A stretch of DNA of 64,000 nucleotides, from contig NW_024704742.1 of the NCBI RefSeq assembly GCF_018977255.1, forward strand, positions 136,960,001 through 137,024,000, written 5' to 3'. The notes beneath the pieces are model-generated. The model did no database searches. It worked only from the letters and a program-made list of their open reading frames with translations, and was not told where the DNA came from. Shown here piece after piece: positions 39,681 through 53,154 of this stretch; position 1 is the stretch's first letter, and each line of letters begins with the position of its first letter. The DNA comes from Callorhinchus milii. Its lineage: Eukaryota. A program made the position numbers and the translations under genes.

Positions 39681-41054
39681 AAAATAGTAACTACATTTTA
39701 CAGTAATGTCTATTAAGCACTTTGAGACATCCTCCAGATGTGACAGGCACCCTCTTGTACCTTTGTACAAGGGCCAAATAGATGCTTAACAATGACTATC
39801 ACAGGGTGTTCGATGTAAAGAGGATTACAACTGTATATTCCTCACCCGATATACGTACTTACAATTTATAATAATCCTTGCATTTGATATAGAGCCTAAT
39901 CATATTGTTGAGATATCTCAAAGCGCTTCACAGGATATACTGTAAAATGAATAATTTGTGGGCAAAAAACAGAAGCCAATTGTGCACAGCAAATTTCTAG
40001 CAAGGAAGCCTCAAGAGCGGGCAAATATTGTACCTGACAAATATTCTCTCACTTTACCCTATGATTGTTGAAGCCAATAGCATCTCTACCTTCTAGTGTG
40101 TTCTGTGAAGCGCTTTGGGACGTCCTCCCGACGTGAAAAGCGCTATATCAAATGCAAGGATTATTATTATTATTATCCTGGATGACATCAACTAACAGCC
40201 CAGTACCATGTCCCTTGGACTGTCTTTATGTCTTTATGGCTTAGCTGCTCACAGGAAAATCTCACCGAGCTATTGGGGGAAGCTATCCACACTCTCTTAG
40301 TTAAAAAATCTCCTCTGCCAACCAATGTAGTGCTGCCAAAGCTCCCACTGATGTTTTTCTATTTGTTTTGCGCAAACACCAACTTCCTGAGCAAATTTGT
40401 TTCCCCCACATACACATTTTTGATTGTGGGATGTTGCTGGTGTAGTAGATTAGCTACCATGTTCACTTAATTCTCTGTATCAATGCAAGTCTCTTTATTT
40501 CCAGATTTTTAACCCCCACCCTCCATCTCCACTAATTCAAATTAAACTATTCAGTGAGAGTAGGGAAGAGAGAGCATTAGTGAGAAAGGGAAAAAAAAGT
40601 CTGACAGAGTCAGTGCCAGAAAGAGAGCATTTAATAATAATCCTTGCATTCGATATTGTACCTTATCATGCTGTCAAGTCAGTATGAGAAACAGACAGTG
40701 TGAGGAAGAGTCAAATACAGACAGAAATGTTACTGAGAGATTGAAACCGACATGAAAGAAAGAGTCTGTCCCAGTATGTGGGAGACATGAGAGAAAAGGC
40801 TAGCTAATATAACTTATGATGAAAGTTTTTGGTTAGTACTGTATATTGTATTTCATAGGATGTCTTTATATTTTCCCTATTTCCATAACTTCTATGTAGC
40901 CAGTCCCAGTTTGTGTAGATCTCGGGGTTTCTGCTGTATTGTTAATGCTCAAGGTCTCAGTGTTCTCCAGTGATGTCCTGTATATCCTTTGATATCCTGA
41001 AGGTCTTCCTCTTCCACTACGCTTTCCTTCACACTTTTACCTCCATCCAGGACT

Positions 41055-41378
41055 GTGGAGTCCTGTAGCTCAGTGGTTAGAGCACTCGCCTTGCAAGTGA
41101 GAGACCTGAATTCAATTCCAGGCAGAGGGCGAAACCTCGGGCAAGTTTCCTTACTCCACACAGAGCCTAATAATAATCCCTCCAAAACCAAAACAATAAT
41201 AAATTGGTCATTTTCAATCTACGACTGTTTGTGGGACATTGCTGTGCGCAATTGGCTGCCGCATTCGCCCACAAATATACAGTCAATTCACTTTACAGTG
41301 TGTTCTGTGAAGCGCTTTGGGACGTCCTCCCGACGTGAAAAGCGCTATATCAAATGCAAGGGTTATTATTATTATTAT
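41055..41378 (+). mobile_element. Young tRNA-derived SINE nested in an old L2 3' end (~40960-41490)
   Basis: Near-identical to 716-1040. Confidence 0.92.
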
Positions 41379-41501
41379 CCTTCCTGCCCTCCACCCCTCT
41401 TAATCCCAACTTCCAGCTCGGGTCCAAATCCCTGTCTAGCAACTTGGGATGTCTTCCCGACACGCTATATAAATGTAATTTGTTGTTGTTTGTGCTTTCA
41501 G

Positions 41502-42102
41502 ACAGGACAAGCTGAAGATCCACATGAGGAAGCACACAGGAGAAAGACCATACACCTGTGTTCACTGCAGTGCCCGCTTCGTTCACAACTACGATCTGAA
41601 GAACCACATGCGCATTCACACCGGAGTGCGGCCATACCAGTGCCAGCACTGCTTCAAGAGCTTCACCCGCTCCGACCACCTGCACAGACACATCAAGAGG
41701 TTAAGCTGCCGCTTGCCCCGGCCTCGACGAGGGCGACGCCCAGCCGCCTGGCGCTCCGCCAGCCTCCTGTACCCTCTGGGAGCCACACAACCCGATCAAG
41801 GTGCTGCCAACTTCCTGGCACAAGAGGTGGGCAGGCTTCCCAATGCTGGTAAGCTGCAGCAGAGCCACGCTGAGAGCTTCTTTAACTCCAGGATCTTTGG
41901 CGGGGACCCGGAGAGGGAGATTCCCACTGCTCGGATGTTGAACGGGAATCACTTTGAAGACGAGAGCAATCGGGGGATCTTCACTTTGGCCCTGTCTCAC
42001 ACCAGCGCCTTTTCTCACCTGCCCCGGCAGTACTTTGCCACTGGAAACCCATGGGCCCCACGGTTTAACCCTACCATCCCCATGCAGGAGATCAGGCAGT
42101 AG
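41502..42102 (+). CDS. ZBTB7C: ZBTB7C-like final coding exon: rest of ZF2, ZF3, ZF4 and C-terminus
   Basis: Acceptor ctttcag ends at 41501; the splice restores [67 protein letters not shown]; stop TAG 42100-42102; total CDS 1833 nt = 610 aa. Confidence 0.95.
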
Positions 42103-43219
42103 AGGGCAGCTAGGGTTAGGATCTGAGAATGTCTTGAAAGAACGATGAACAACTGGCATAGAACCTGTACTCAGAACCCAAAGACCTAGCCAAGCCTACA
42201 CTTTTAACTGTACATAAAACATTTGTAATGTGTAAAGCGTTGAATAGAAATTAATTTTGTGGACCACTGAATGATCTTGAAGTCGATCTATTATATAAAT
42301 TGTATTTAAACTGAGAAGGAGATAAAACAAAACCCAAAGAGAATTTGAATATTGTAACTTAACGTGAACTTGAACACATGCCTTTCTTTCCGAATGTGTT
42401 TGCGTGTGGGAGAAACATCGGATTATTTTTCTAATGTAATGTATCTCACTTAATTAGCTCAAGCGAGTTTGCCTTAGTGTTTAAAGTGGACAATGACCTC
42501 AGTTTGAATGCAGAAACTAAAGCTCTGAGGCAAGACTCTGACTTCAATCTCAACCTTAAAATCATTGTCATAGATTTTTAAGATCATTTGAGATTACAGA
42601 AAAACCTTAAATTCAGTCTTTGTTTGGAAGTCAGTTTCCACCTGTTCTTAAAAATACTACATTTAAGAATTTTTAAAATTCTGCACAATCTTAAATTGTC
42701 AGAGGATGGTTTTAAGTAAGAGACAATGAAAGGTTGGGCCTCTGTTCTCTTGCCGGCACATGCAGAATTGTTTTGTTATTTGCTGCATTATCACCTGTTC
42801 TCTGGATCTCCCTTCCAAAACCACTTTGTTTTGCTACCTCTTTCCCTGCCAGCAAAACACTGAAAATGATTTTTGGGTTTTGGTCAATATCATTATTATT
42901 AATAATTATTTTATTTTCCTTTAGGCTCAACTACAAAATTTGTTAAATGCTTTCAAACATTCTGTTACATGAAGGGCAATGGATCAGTGGCAATTGTTGT
43001 CATCTATTTAGCCACATGGGGGCATCACAGCTGATCCCAAATCATACCCTCATCTGACATCCACACACACAGCTTCCAGCAGGAGGCTCTGGATACTAAT
43101 TTGAGCGAGAACTCTGACCTCCTTTCCTGTTTCTAACCCCTCAGGCGACCTGTAACCTCAATTGCTCCATTTTAGATAAGCTAAGTTTCATTGTTATCAA
43201 ATTTAAAGAATTTTAATTA

Positions 43220-43225
43220 AATAAA
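43220..43225 (+). terminator. Candidate polyadenylation signal for the ZBTB7C-like gene
   Basis: AATAAA about 1.1 kb after the stop, following an AT-rich UTR-like stretch; usage unverified. Confidence 0.3.
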
Positions 43226-44211
43226 AACTACTGCATTTCCACTTGACATCAGAGGGCACAAATTTAAGATGATTATCAAAATAACGAAGGAAGCCATTTG
43301 ACCCATCATGGCTGTGCTTGCTCTCTAAAAGAGCTATCTATTTGGTCACCTTTTCCCCTCCCATTTTATATTTTCGACTTGTGTTCTTGGTTGAGTATTC
43401 CCTATACTAATAATATTTATGCCCTCTAGACAACAACAACTTGGATTTATACAGATGTATTTATATTATATTAGGACATCAGCTCACTGAACAGTGTTCT
43501 CTTTATTTGCCTTATCAAAGCCCCTCATAAGCTTAAATACTTCTGATAATAATAATAATAATCCTTGCATTTGATATAGAGCCTTATCACGTCTTCGAGA
43601 TATCTCAAAGTGCTCCTTGGGTTTTCTTTCAGACTCTATTCTAGTCCGTCTGTAGTACCCCCTCATAAGTAAAGCCTCTCAGCCTGGTATTCTAGTAAAT
43701 CTCTGTTCTCTTAATGCCTTGGCATTCTTCCTGAAATGTTGCTGCCCACAGCTCTATACACCTGGGCCTTTTAATATGTAACTTTCTCGTTTTCTATGCA
43801 CTTTAGTCACTTGATGTTGGGTCCTGATCGTTGTCGCTAGCTGGGATTCAGTTGATATTTTCACCAATTTGTTTCGATTTTGCTACCAAAAAGCAGTGTG
43901 AATGTTTTTCTTTTCAAAAAGCACTTGCATTTTAACGTTTAGATAACTAGCAGGGGATGCTGTGGTTATTCCACCATGCAGCGGCCCTAGTAAACCTCAG
44001 CCTTGATACTAAACTGCACAGTATCACTTTGTTCTATCAATCTGGGGATAGATGCACTGCTTGGCTGGTCACTCAGTATCACTCACCTGTTCTTAAGGGA
44101 ATTAGTATCAATACAAATTCCTACTTGAAAGGACACTTTCAGAAAATGTGCAAGGCTTTAGGATTTTGTCATCTGGTTTATTTCCTGTTACACTTCTGCT
44201 TTTTAAAAAGT

Positions 44212-44527
44212 AGCGTACATCACATAACCAATACAATCACAGAAATATATGTATTAGATCGAGGAAAGTACTTGGGTTTTTTTACAAAATTGAAAGTGGC
44301 CATTTTTAAAGATCACATATTTTACAGAGGGATAAGGAACATATGTTTTATTTAACACAGAGCTGTGGTGAGGAGGTGAAGGGACTGACCTGTGTAATAG
44401 TGAAGGACAAGAATCTATTTTGGACAAGTGCTTTCAGAAATGGTGAGGCACTAAAAAAAAAACCCAAGTACTTTCCTCGATCTAATACATATATTTCTGT
44501 GATTGTATTGGTTATGTGATGTACGCT
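44212..44527. repeat. Perfect 72-bp inverted repeat with 172-bp spacer
   Basis: 44212-44283 is the exact reverse complement of 44456-44527. Confidence 0.95.
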
Positions 44528-46342
44528 CACTTTTATATAAAATAGTAAAATTATATAAAACGGTAAAATTGGTGCTGACTTTCGAACAGTGAACCAAGAA
44601 TGGAAACGACTTCCATGTTTTTGTTTGAGATTTACCAGCGATGAGGAATTTTATACTGCTTGGTAGATCTATAAATCTAAATAACACAAGTCTTAATTTG
44701 CATCCCATTTTGGGTGCAAACCATTGATTATCCAGCACTTTGGGATGTCCTTATGTGAAAGGCTCTATATAAATGCAACTTGTTGTTGAATATTGCATTT
44801 GGGATGCTCACATTCCTTTTTATAGTAACAGGAGGAAGCTGTTCTGCCCATTGAGCCTGATGCACCATTTTCTTACTTCACAATAGATATTTCAGTCCCA
44901 TTTCTCAGTTTCTCTTATCCAAGATCTTTTAAACATCCTTCTGAGGGCAGTGCGTTCCATCTTCTCACAGCCTCTGTGTGAAAAGTCATGCATTGCAAAG
45001 GATGGGCAGTCCCCACTTCTGAGTATGTTCATGCAATCTGTGGCCATTATGTCAACCCTCATGTCATGATCCATTTCATTTTACCTCTGAAGCAGCTTAG
45101 TGGCCACTTAAAGGGGGGATATTAATGGTCCTATTTCCAGCACCTTGGGACGTCCTACCAATATGAAAGGCGCTTTACAAATGTAATTGGTTGTTTGCTG
45201 TTATGTCCTTGGAATGAGGATAAGGCAAGCACTGGAAGATCCCACTACATCCAGGACTACCTATGGCTCTCCTTGCTGCTATTCTCTGACCTTTTTCCAG
45301 GTAGCAAATGTTCATTCCTTACCACCAGACAGTGAAATAGGCCAATTAGGAACAGGAGGTCATTCAGCCCATTGAACCTGCTCTATTGTTTTGTTATGTC
45401 AAAGTAAATCACACAAGATTGGTTTGGATGAAGAAAGCTCTTTGGCCAATTGGATTTCAGCCTTGCAGAATACCGACCCTACCATCTGCCCATCATAACA
45501 TCAAGCATTTTTAAATGAGTCTAGTATCCTGGCCTCAACCAACTTTCTAATCCCATTTTCCTGCTTTTTCTCTGTATCCCATTAATACTCTTACTTTCTT
45601 AAATACTCCTCCAGCACCTTGGGACATCCCCCCGACTTGAAAGGTGTTATACAAATGTAATTTGTTGTTGTTGTAGCAACGTCACATCTCACCCACAAAA
45701 TATACAGTCAATTCACTTTACAGTATATTCTGTGAAGTGCTTTGAGACATCTCAAAGACATGAAGGCCTATATCAAATGCAAGGATTATTATTATCCCAG
45801 TGCTGCTGGGGACTCAATCAAACATCTCACCGTGTCTTCAAATTTTAAATGCAATTCAAACCCAGAGCTGGAATCTCCCATGTTATAGTGTGTACAGAAT
45901 ACTCCAGAATTGTGGCTCGACAGGTAATGACTTTGTTTATTTTTTGATCTGTGTATCTGGAAATGCAGAGGCTTTATTGGAAAAAAGATCATTTAAATTT
46001 CGAACATGGGTAGGAAATGTATTGCCAAGAAATAATGTTTATAAATTATCATGTCACAACGTCTGGCTTCTTCCCTGTTGCGTGTCCACTACTTCATAAC
46101 CACTAACTGCCATCTCTGCATCTGATCCTGGCGATTGAGGATAAGACCATCAGAATTTTTATGAGAGAATTGGATATGCATTTGAAGAGGAAGAAAGTTT
46201 ATAGGGAAAGCAGGGAATTGGGATTGAAATAACAGGGAAGCTAGCACCAACGAAGGGTCAGTGTCCGAATAGTCTTCTGTGATATTATTTCTATAGCGAC
46301 TGATATTTGCTTAATTATTTATCTGATGGAAATGTCCATATA

Positions 46343-46804
46343 CAGTAAACTCCTGCTAACTCAACACTGGCTTAACTTGTCATTGGAGTTCTGTAGCATG
46401 TTGGTAGTGCTCACCTCGCAAGCGAGAAGACCTGGATTTGATTCCTAGGTGGGGCGATATCTTAGGCAAGTTTCCACATCCCTCTGTTTACCCAGCAGTG
46501 AGCAGCAACCCAGTTGTCAGTGGATTGGTGGATTGCTTTCTGGGGATAATAATCCCTTCAAATAAATAAAAAAATATTTTGACTGTGGGACACTGTTGTG
46601 TGCAATTGGCTGGTGCATTTTGCATTCAAAATAGACAGTCAATTCACTTTACAGTATATTCTGTAAAGCACTTTGAGACATCTCAATGACTTGATAAGAC
46701 GCTTTGTAAATATAAGGACTATTATCATCATATGATACACCTAACTCATCACTCTGGATAACAGCCTTTTTCTCTTGGAATGATGAGTTATCAGGAGTTT
46801 ACTG
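46343..46804. mobile_element. Tc1/mariner (pogo/Tigger-like) MITE with nested SINE (~46385-46727)
   Basis: 21-bp TIRs cagtaaactcctg(c/a)taactca with 1 mismatch; TA on both sides. Confidence 0.85.
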
Positions 46805-49800
46805 TATTTTGTCTGACCAAAGTGCCTGATATTTGCTTGATGGAAGTTTGGTAATAGCTGGTTAAACAATTGCACGCTGAGGGTATATGAATGTCTGCTG
46901 TTGTCTCGTGGTTGATTTAATAAACGTTTGGATGGATTGGAAGACTTACAGCTCTGGAAGGATAGTTACCAAACTTCTTTAAAGTTCAGAAGTTCATCTT
47001 GGCAGGAACGAGCTCAATGACCAGCTGATTCTACGTGCAGCTTAATCTATGGTTGACTCGGGGTACCAGTAGCCTCAACATAACTTGGGATATAATTCTC
47101 AACTGGTCTACAACTGAGAGACAACACAATACTTCCTAACGTTACCAGCAGATGGGGCTCTTGTCAGATTTTCTGGTGTCTGAGCTCCAACGTGTTCAGA
47201 CCAGAGGCTGAATGAACTTACACCGATCACTGGGAGTGACTATCATTCTTTTCAATGACCTTTAATTGATTCCTGATTTTAAAACAGAGCACACATTCCA
47301 AGCATGTCTGGACTCTACCTGAACTGTGGTTTGTGGCAGAAAATTATACATTTAAAGGACCGTAAAGGTTATTATGATTGGGCTGATTCCAAAGTACATT
47401 TGTTGTTCGACTTCAATATTACTGTGATGTCTTCTTTCCTCATATAGGTGGATGTAAGAGACTGAACCCACTCACTCCCCTCTTCCACACTCTGCCTATC
47501 TCTAGTCCTGCTCTCCTGTGTCTGTGTGGTGACTACATTCTGGTATGTGTTTCACATAACTAGATAACTCCAATTATGTGATGGCTGGATAATGATCAGA
47601 CAGGAATGTTACCTGGTACCCCTCCCTCACCCAAAAGACGCTGCGGTCGGTTCTCAAATTGTACTGTGCTCTAGCCTGACCACACCGAGGTTGTAAGAAC
47701 ATTTTCCTTAAAATGTATTAGGATCTTTTAGGATTATGGAACATTATTAAGCTGTCTTACTTTGAACCCATTGTGGATGCGGGATATCCTACATCCCATA
47801 GCCCAACATTATAGATATACTGTACTTCAAAGGCAATGATTAAACGTCAATCCCACCTGACCACCTACAGTATTAGAGCAAACATTTGCTTAAAACATTG
47901 CGAATACTGTAACTGTGGTACACTTCAGGTTTCTAGATCAATCAGATATTTTCACGTCATATGTGCTGTAAGCAACCAGAGCTGCAACAGGTTTGTGCTA
48001 GAATCGTGGCTGACCAGCCAGACATGATGTCAGCGGCAACCTAACGATCCAGGACTAGTAACCATCTAATTTTGCTGCCCCTTTATAACCAATGTCTTCA
48101 CTTTTTTGATCCAAGATACTGTATTAAAATGGGGTTTCCCTGTGTCATTATTCAAGCAGACGATGAACATTGGATCCTCTCGCGATCTATTTGATCTGTC
48201 AAAACAGTAACAGTATCAGGCAGGTGTCGATATACATAATACCTAAGAATTGAGGAATGAGAGTGGTCCATTTGGTCCATCAAGCTTGCTCTACTGAATG
48301 CCAGTCCATGCACTACCCTTCATCCAACTTCTCTTTTTGATCATTTATACATTACTTTCTTCAACCTGTGAATCATTTCCGCATCTCTGGCTTTCCTGTC
48401 CAAAATAATATCACTCAGTCATCTTGCCTCAGTCCTGCTCAGTTCTTCTCTAATTTTAAGGTCCTTTTGTCCATCTCATTGTCCATCCAATGTCTTCAAA
48501 AAAATCTTGAACATATCTATCTCATCATGTAACAACCATGAATACTTTTCATTACCAAAACTTTGACAAGTTTGTTTTGAAATTCTGTATATAATTTAAT
48601 GGATGAAGACCATTACAGATGTGCGTAGAGACCAGTGTAATTAATGATTCACACGGGCATTTATTTCAGATACTGAACTGGCAGGTCCTGGGAGTGTTAT
48701 ATATAAGAACGTTTTTGTTAGATGGCACTTTCTTTGCAACTCAGGTTTGTTAAGGAGGAATAACTACTGAGTTAGGTAACTTGATTTTGATATCTAATAA
48801 CTGCTGGAAACATGTGCATGGTTGTGTCTTAGCTATGGTGTGCGAATCACCTGCTGGCACTCACTGTCAAGGCTCACAGCTAAATGATAACCACTGGTGC
48901 TTGTGGAACCATACCCCAGTTTGAGTCATCACATTTAATGACGAGGCAGCCTAGTTAAAACCCACAAGATGAATCACCAATTTTCTGTGGGATTGTTATC
49001 CAGGGCAATGGGAGAAACTTCTGTTTTCCAATAGTGCCACTGGATTTTTAAGATCTAGCTGGAAATGAATAGATGGACTTTGATTTCACAGCTCATTTAA
49101 AGGACAGACAATGCAATGCTTCCAGTGTTGCACTGGGGCATCAGCCTGGACTGTGAGCTCAATACCAACTGTGGGGACTTAGATCCACAACCTACAAACC
49201 CAGAAGCAAGAGTGCTACCAACTCAGTCAAACTGCCACTGAAAGAAAAAGGTGATAGAAAAAAAGCACCTCATGGCAAAAAAAAATTGTAGCTTGACTTT
49301 TGCTTTGCAGACTCAACATTCCCCTAAGCAAATGTTACATTTCATGGATTGCAGTTGATGAATGTTATTTATTTCAGCCCACTGACTGTGTTGGTTTTAT
49401 CTGCAGACTGCCCTTGAGACTGGTACTCATTCCCAAGTTTGTTCTGTTACACAGTGCGTTCTCCCCCGCCATTCTGAATATGTATAAATAAAGCTTCAAG
49501 GATGAGCTTCCCCCTCTGCACATGTCCAGCAGAGATTCTCTTCAGTTTTACTTCATCCCACAGTTTATAAAAACGCTAACGATTTCTCAAGATCCCAAGA
49601 GAGGTTTGTATCAAGAGGCCATACAAGGCTCTCACCCTTCTAGAACATTCCCACCATTACAGCATTAAGATATTTCTTAAATTAGTCCTTGACCACTATT
49701 TCTGGTAACCTGTTCCAGCTGTTGTCACCATCTGTGCAAAGAAATACATCCTGGTGGCAGCCGTAAACTTACCCTTTACATACCCCCGAGCCTGTGACCT

Positions 49801-50429
49801 CTCATTTTATTCAGGATCTCACCATAGGTTTTCCCTTTAATTAGGACTGTCTCCATTGTGTCTTTGCTCGTGCGAGACTGCACTTTACTTCAGTTTCATT
49901 TCCCACTCTTTCTTCTATACCCTTTCATGTTACTTTTTCTAAGCATTAAAGGAACAAAGTATTCATCCATTTCTCTTTTAAATGCTCATATGAACTTAGC
50001 TTCAATAGCCGTTTGTGGTGAGGCATAGAACCTTACATGGCAGAACACGGCCATTTGGCCCATTATGGTTCTTTGAAAGAGTAACCCATTGAGTCCCATT
50101 TTATTTGCCTCATCCCCATACCTCTTCTTCAAATGGTTCCTTTTTAGATATCCCTCTTCAAAGTTAATGTGGATCCTGCTCCCAGCATTCCCGAACAGCA
50201 GTGATCTGGTGAGTTACTAATGAGATCTGTGTGAATGGTTAATGGGAAGTGGAAATCAACATCGAAACCCGATTAAAGAAAACACAAAACAAACTTTACA
50301 ATGAGACAAAACAATTGGTCCCATGAAGCTTGGTCTGTCTAGCGGTTTGGTGCTGCAATCTTGCTCACTCTTGTGAGTAAATTAATGAGTGCGGTGAATG
50401 GGATTCTGCCGGGTTAAACATTAAACTAT

Positions 50430-51320
50430 CTGTCTGTCAGACATCAAGTCCTGGATGAGAGCTAACTTTCTTCAGTTGAACGTCAACAAGACCGAGGCTC
50501 TCCTGATTGGTTCCCATCAGTGCCTCCACACCTCAGGCGCTGACAGCATCACCATCCATGGTTGCACACTCCACCTTACTGAGCCAATCCGGATTGTTGG
50601 CGTTTAGTTTGAACCTCAACTATCACTTCTGCCCCACATCTATGCATAACCTCCTCTGCCTTCCCCCACTGCCGAAACATCGCCCGGCTCCGCCACTGTC
50701 TCACACTGCAGGCCACCGAAACCCTCATACATCCTCATAACATCCAGTCTCGTCTACGCAAACTCCCTAGTTGTTGGCCTCCCCAACTCCTCCCTCTATA
50801 GGCTGCAGATCATCCAGAACTCTGCAGCCTGTGCCCTCTCCCATACCAGGCTCTGTGACCCTAACACCCCCATCCTTGCCTGACTCCACTGGCTTCCCAT
50901 CAGACAGAGGATACAGTTCAAGATCCTGGTCCTCACCTTTAAAGTCCTCCATGGCCTTACTTCCTCCCTACTTCTACGACCTCCTAATCCTCTATCAACC
51001 TGCTGACTCCCTCCGCTCAGCGGGCTCCAGTCTGCTTCACATCCCCCGCCTTGCCTGCCCCACCAATGGCAGAAGGGCCTTCAGCCTCTCTGCCCCACCC
51101 TCTGGAACTCCATCCCGCAGTCCGTGCGTCTTGCCCCCTCCCTTGCCTTATTCAAGACCCTCCTCTTTGACCATACCTTCGGTCACCCACCTTCCTCTCT
51201 GCCTTCTAGCCTCCCCGATCCGAACCCCCGGCTTGGGTCCAAAACACTGATTGTCCAGAGCGTTGGGATGTCCTTCCGACGTGAAGGATGCTATACAAGT
51301 GTAATTTTATGGTCGTTGTC
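50430..51320 (+). mobile_element. 5'-truncated L2
   Basis: gacatcaagtcctggatgagagctaactttcttcag..., same subfamily as 20980-21863. Confidence 0.88.
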
Positions 51321-52161
51321 TGGAACATGGAGTTTTCCATTGGTTTGCTTGATGGCAATTTAAAAAAATGAACTGATAAAGCATATTGATGTGTGCAGGA
51401 TAGCTACCACGTTTGCCTACAAAATAGTCCATTTTTACTTCACAGTAAAAACCTGTAGTGCTCTTTCGAGACATCCTTCTGATATGAAAGGTGCTGTATA
51501 AAAGCCAAGGCTTATTACTCATAGTAATTTGGTCACTCAATCCACGACTTTTTATGGGACGCGGCTGAATGCCATCGGCTGCCACATTTCGCCCACAAAA
51601 TAATAGTCGATTCACTTTACAGTAAGTTCTGTGAAGCGTTTGGAGATGATAATAATCGTTGCATTTGATATAAGTCCGTATCACGCCATTGAGACGTCTC
51701 AAAGCCTTTTATGTCGCGTTTTCACGTCCGAAGGATATCTCGATAGAGCATCGCAGGATTTCACTGCGGAGATCTTATCGACGTGATACGGCGCTGTATC
51801 AAACACAAGTATTATCACTAAGAGGTTATTTCTCGGGGCCACAGATGGATGGAACAGTGTTTTCCGAAGCACCGAAGGCACAAGGAGTGGATTGAGTTTC
51901 CCCCCAAAAAAAACTTTTCATTTTTTTTTGTGGATGAAAACAATCCCCAACGCACTGACTGTGGGCGAAACGGATTTCAAAGTCGTCGGCAAAACGACGT
52001 GTGCCCTCGGGAGCGGCGGCAGTTTTCCCAACCGGGACCGTCACTCAGGAGGACGAGGAAGATAAAGGTGGGAAAGGGTTTGAACGTCAGTGAGTGAGTG
52101 AGTGACTGAGCGACACCGCCATTGAGGTTGGAGCCGATTGACATGGCGGAGGGAGCAGCTC

Positions 52162-52186
52162 CACACACACACACACACACACACAC
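52162..52186. repeat. (CA)n microsatellite
   Basis: Direct reading. Confidence 0.9.
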
Positions 52187-53154
52187 CTCCCCCACCACCG
52201 TATACGATCCGCCATAGCTTCGGACACCGAATTCATTTAATTTGAAGCCGTTTCCATTCTCGCCGTCAATCTCACACCCTCATCCTCCCCGCACTACATT
52301 GCAGAGTCACGCACGGCGGCAGGATACCGGCCTCCTCCTGGGCGGTGCTGCGGCGCCACACAAAAAGTTTTTTTTTCTCTCGTCCGAAGCGTCAACCAAA
52401 CCTGATTCCACCGGATCTTTCCCCCTCCCCCCGCGCGCGCGCCCGGCCCGGCCCGCCCCGCCCAGGATGATTGACGGCGGCGCGCTCCAATCACAACGCG
52501 GAACCGGGACGCCGCGCCACGTCACTCGACCAACCAGCGCCCGGGAAGAAGCGTCCGACGCCCGTGTGTGGGCGGCGCGGGGGGGGGGGGGGAGAGAAGG
52601 CGGGATTTCCAGGTCGCGAGCGGCCGGTGAGGTGAGGTGAGGTTAGGTTGAGCGGCGGCCGCCGTCAATCACAGGGAGGAGAGGGAGAGGGAGAGAGAGG
52701 GGGAGAGATCGGGGCGGTCGGGGAGCGGAGCGGTGTAAACAATGAGCATAGTTTTTTTTATATAAAAAAGATTGATCTGCGGTCAGTTGGAAGGCGAAAG
52801 CTTTTTTTAAAGAAGAATTTGAAGAAGAAAAAAAATAAGCCGCTTCTTTGTGGCGCGAGGAGGCGACGCAGCGGCTCCTTACCGGCTCCTTCCCCTCGAG
52901 CGGGCGGCTGGCGGTTGGCGAGCGCGCGGCGCCCGGACGGTTTGAATATTTGAAGCGTCGGAGCGGCCGTTAGGACCGTTGGGAGCCGGAGATTTCCCGC
53001 CGCTTCTCCCCCGCCCCCCCCACCACCCACCACCGCGGTCCCGCTGCCGTCCTCAGCGGCCGACACTCTCCCTCTCTCTCTCTCTGTTCTCTATCCACGC
53101 CACCACCGCCGACCGGGGAGAGAGGAGGAGGTCCCGGCCCCCCGGGCCCCGGCC

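Noticed and set aside
43957..44738. Overlapping ORFs sharing the peptide VHHITNTITEIYVLDRGKYLGFF
   Set aside because: By-product of the 72-bp inverted repeat
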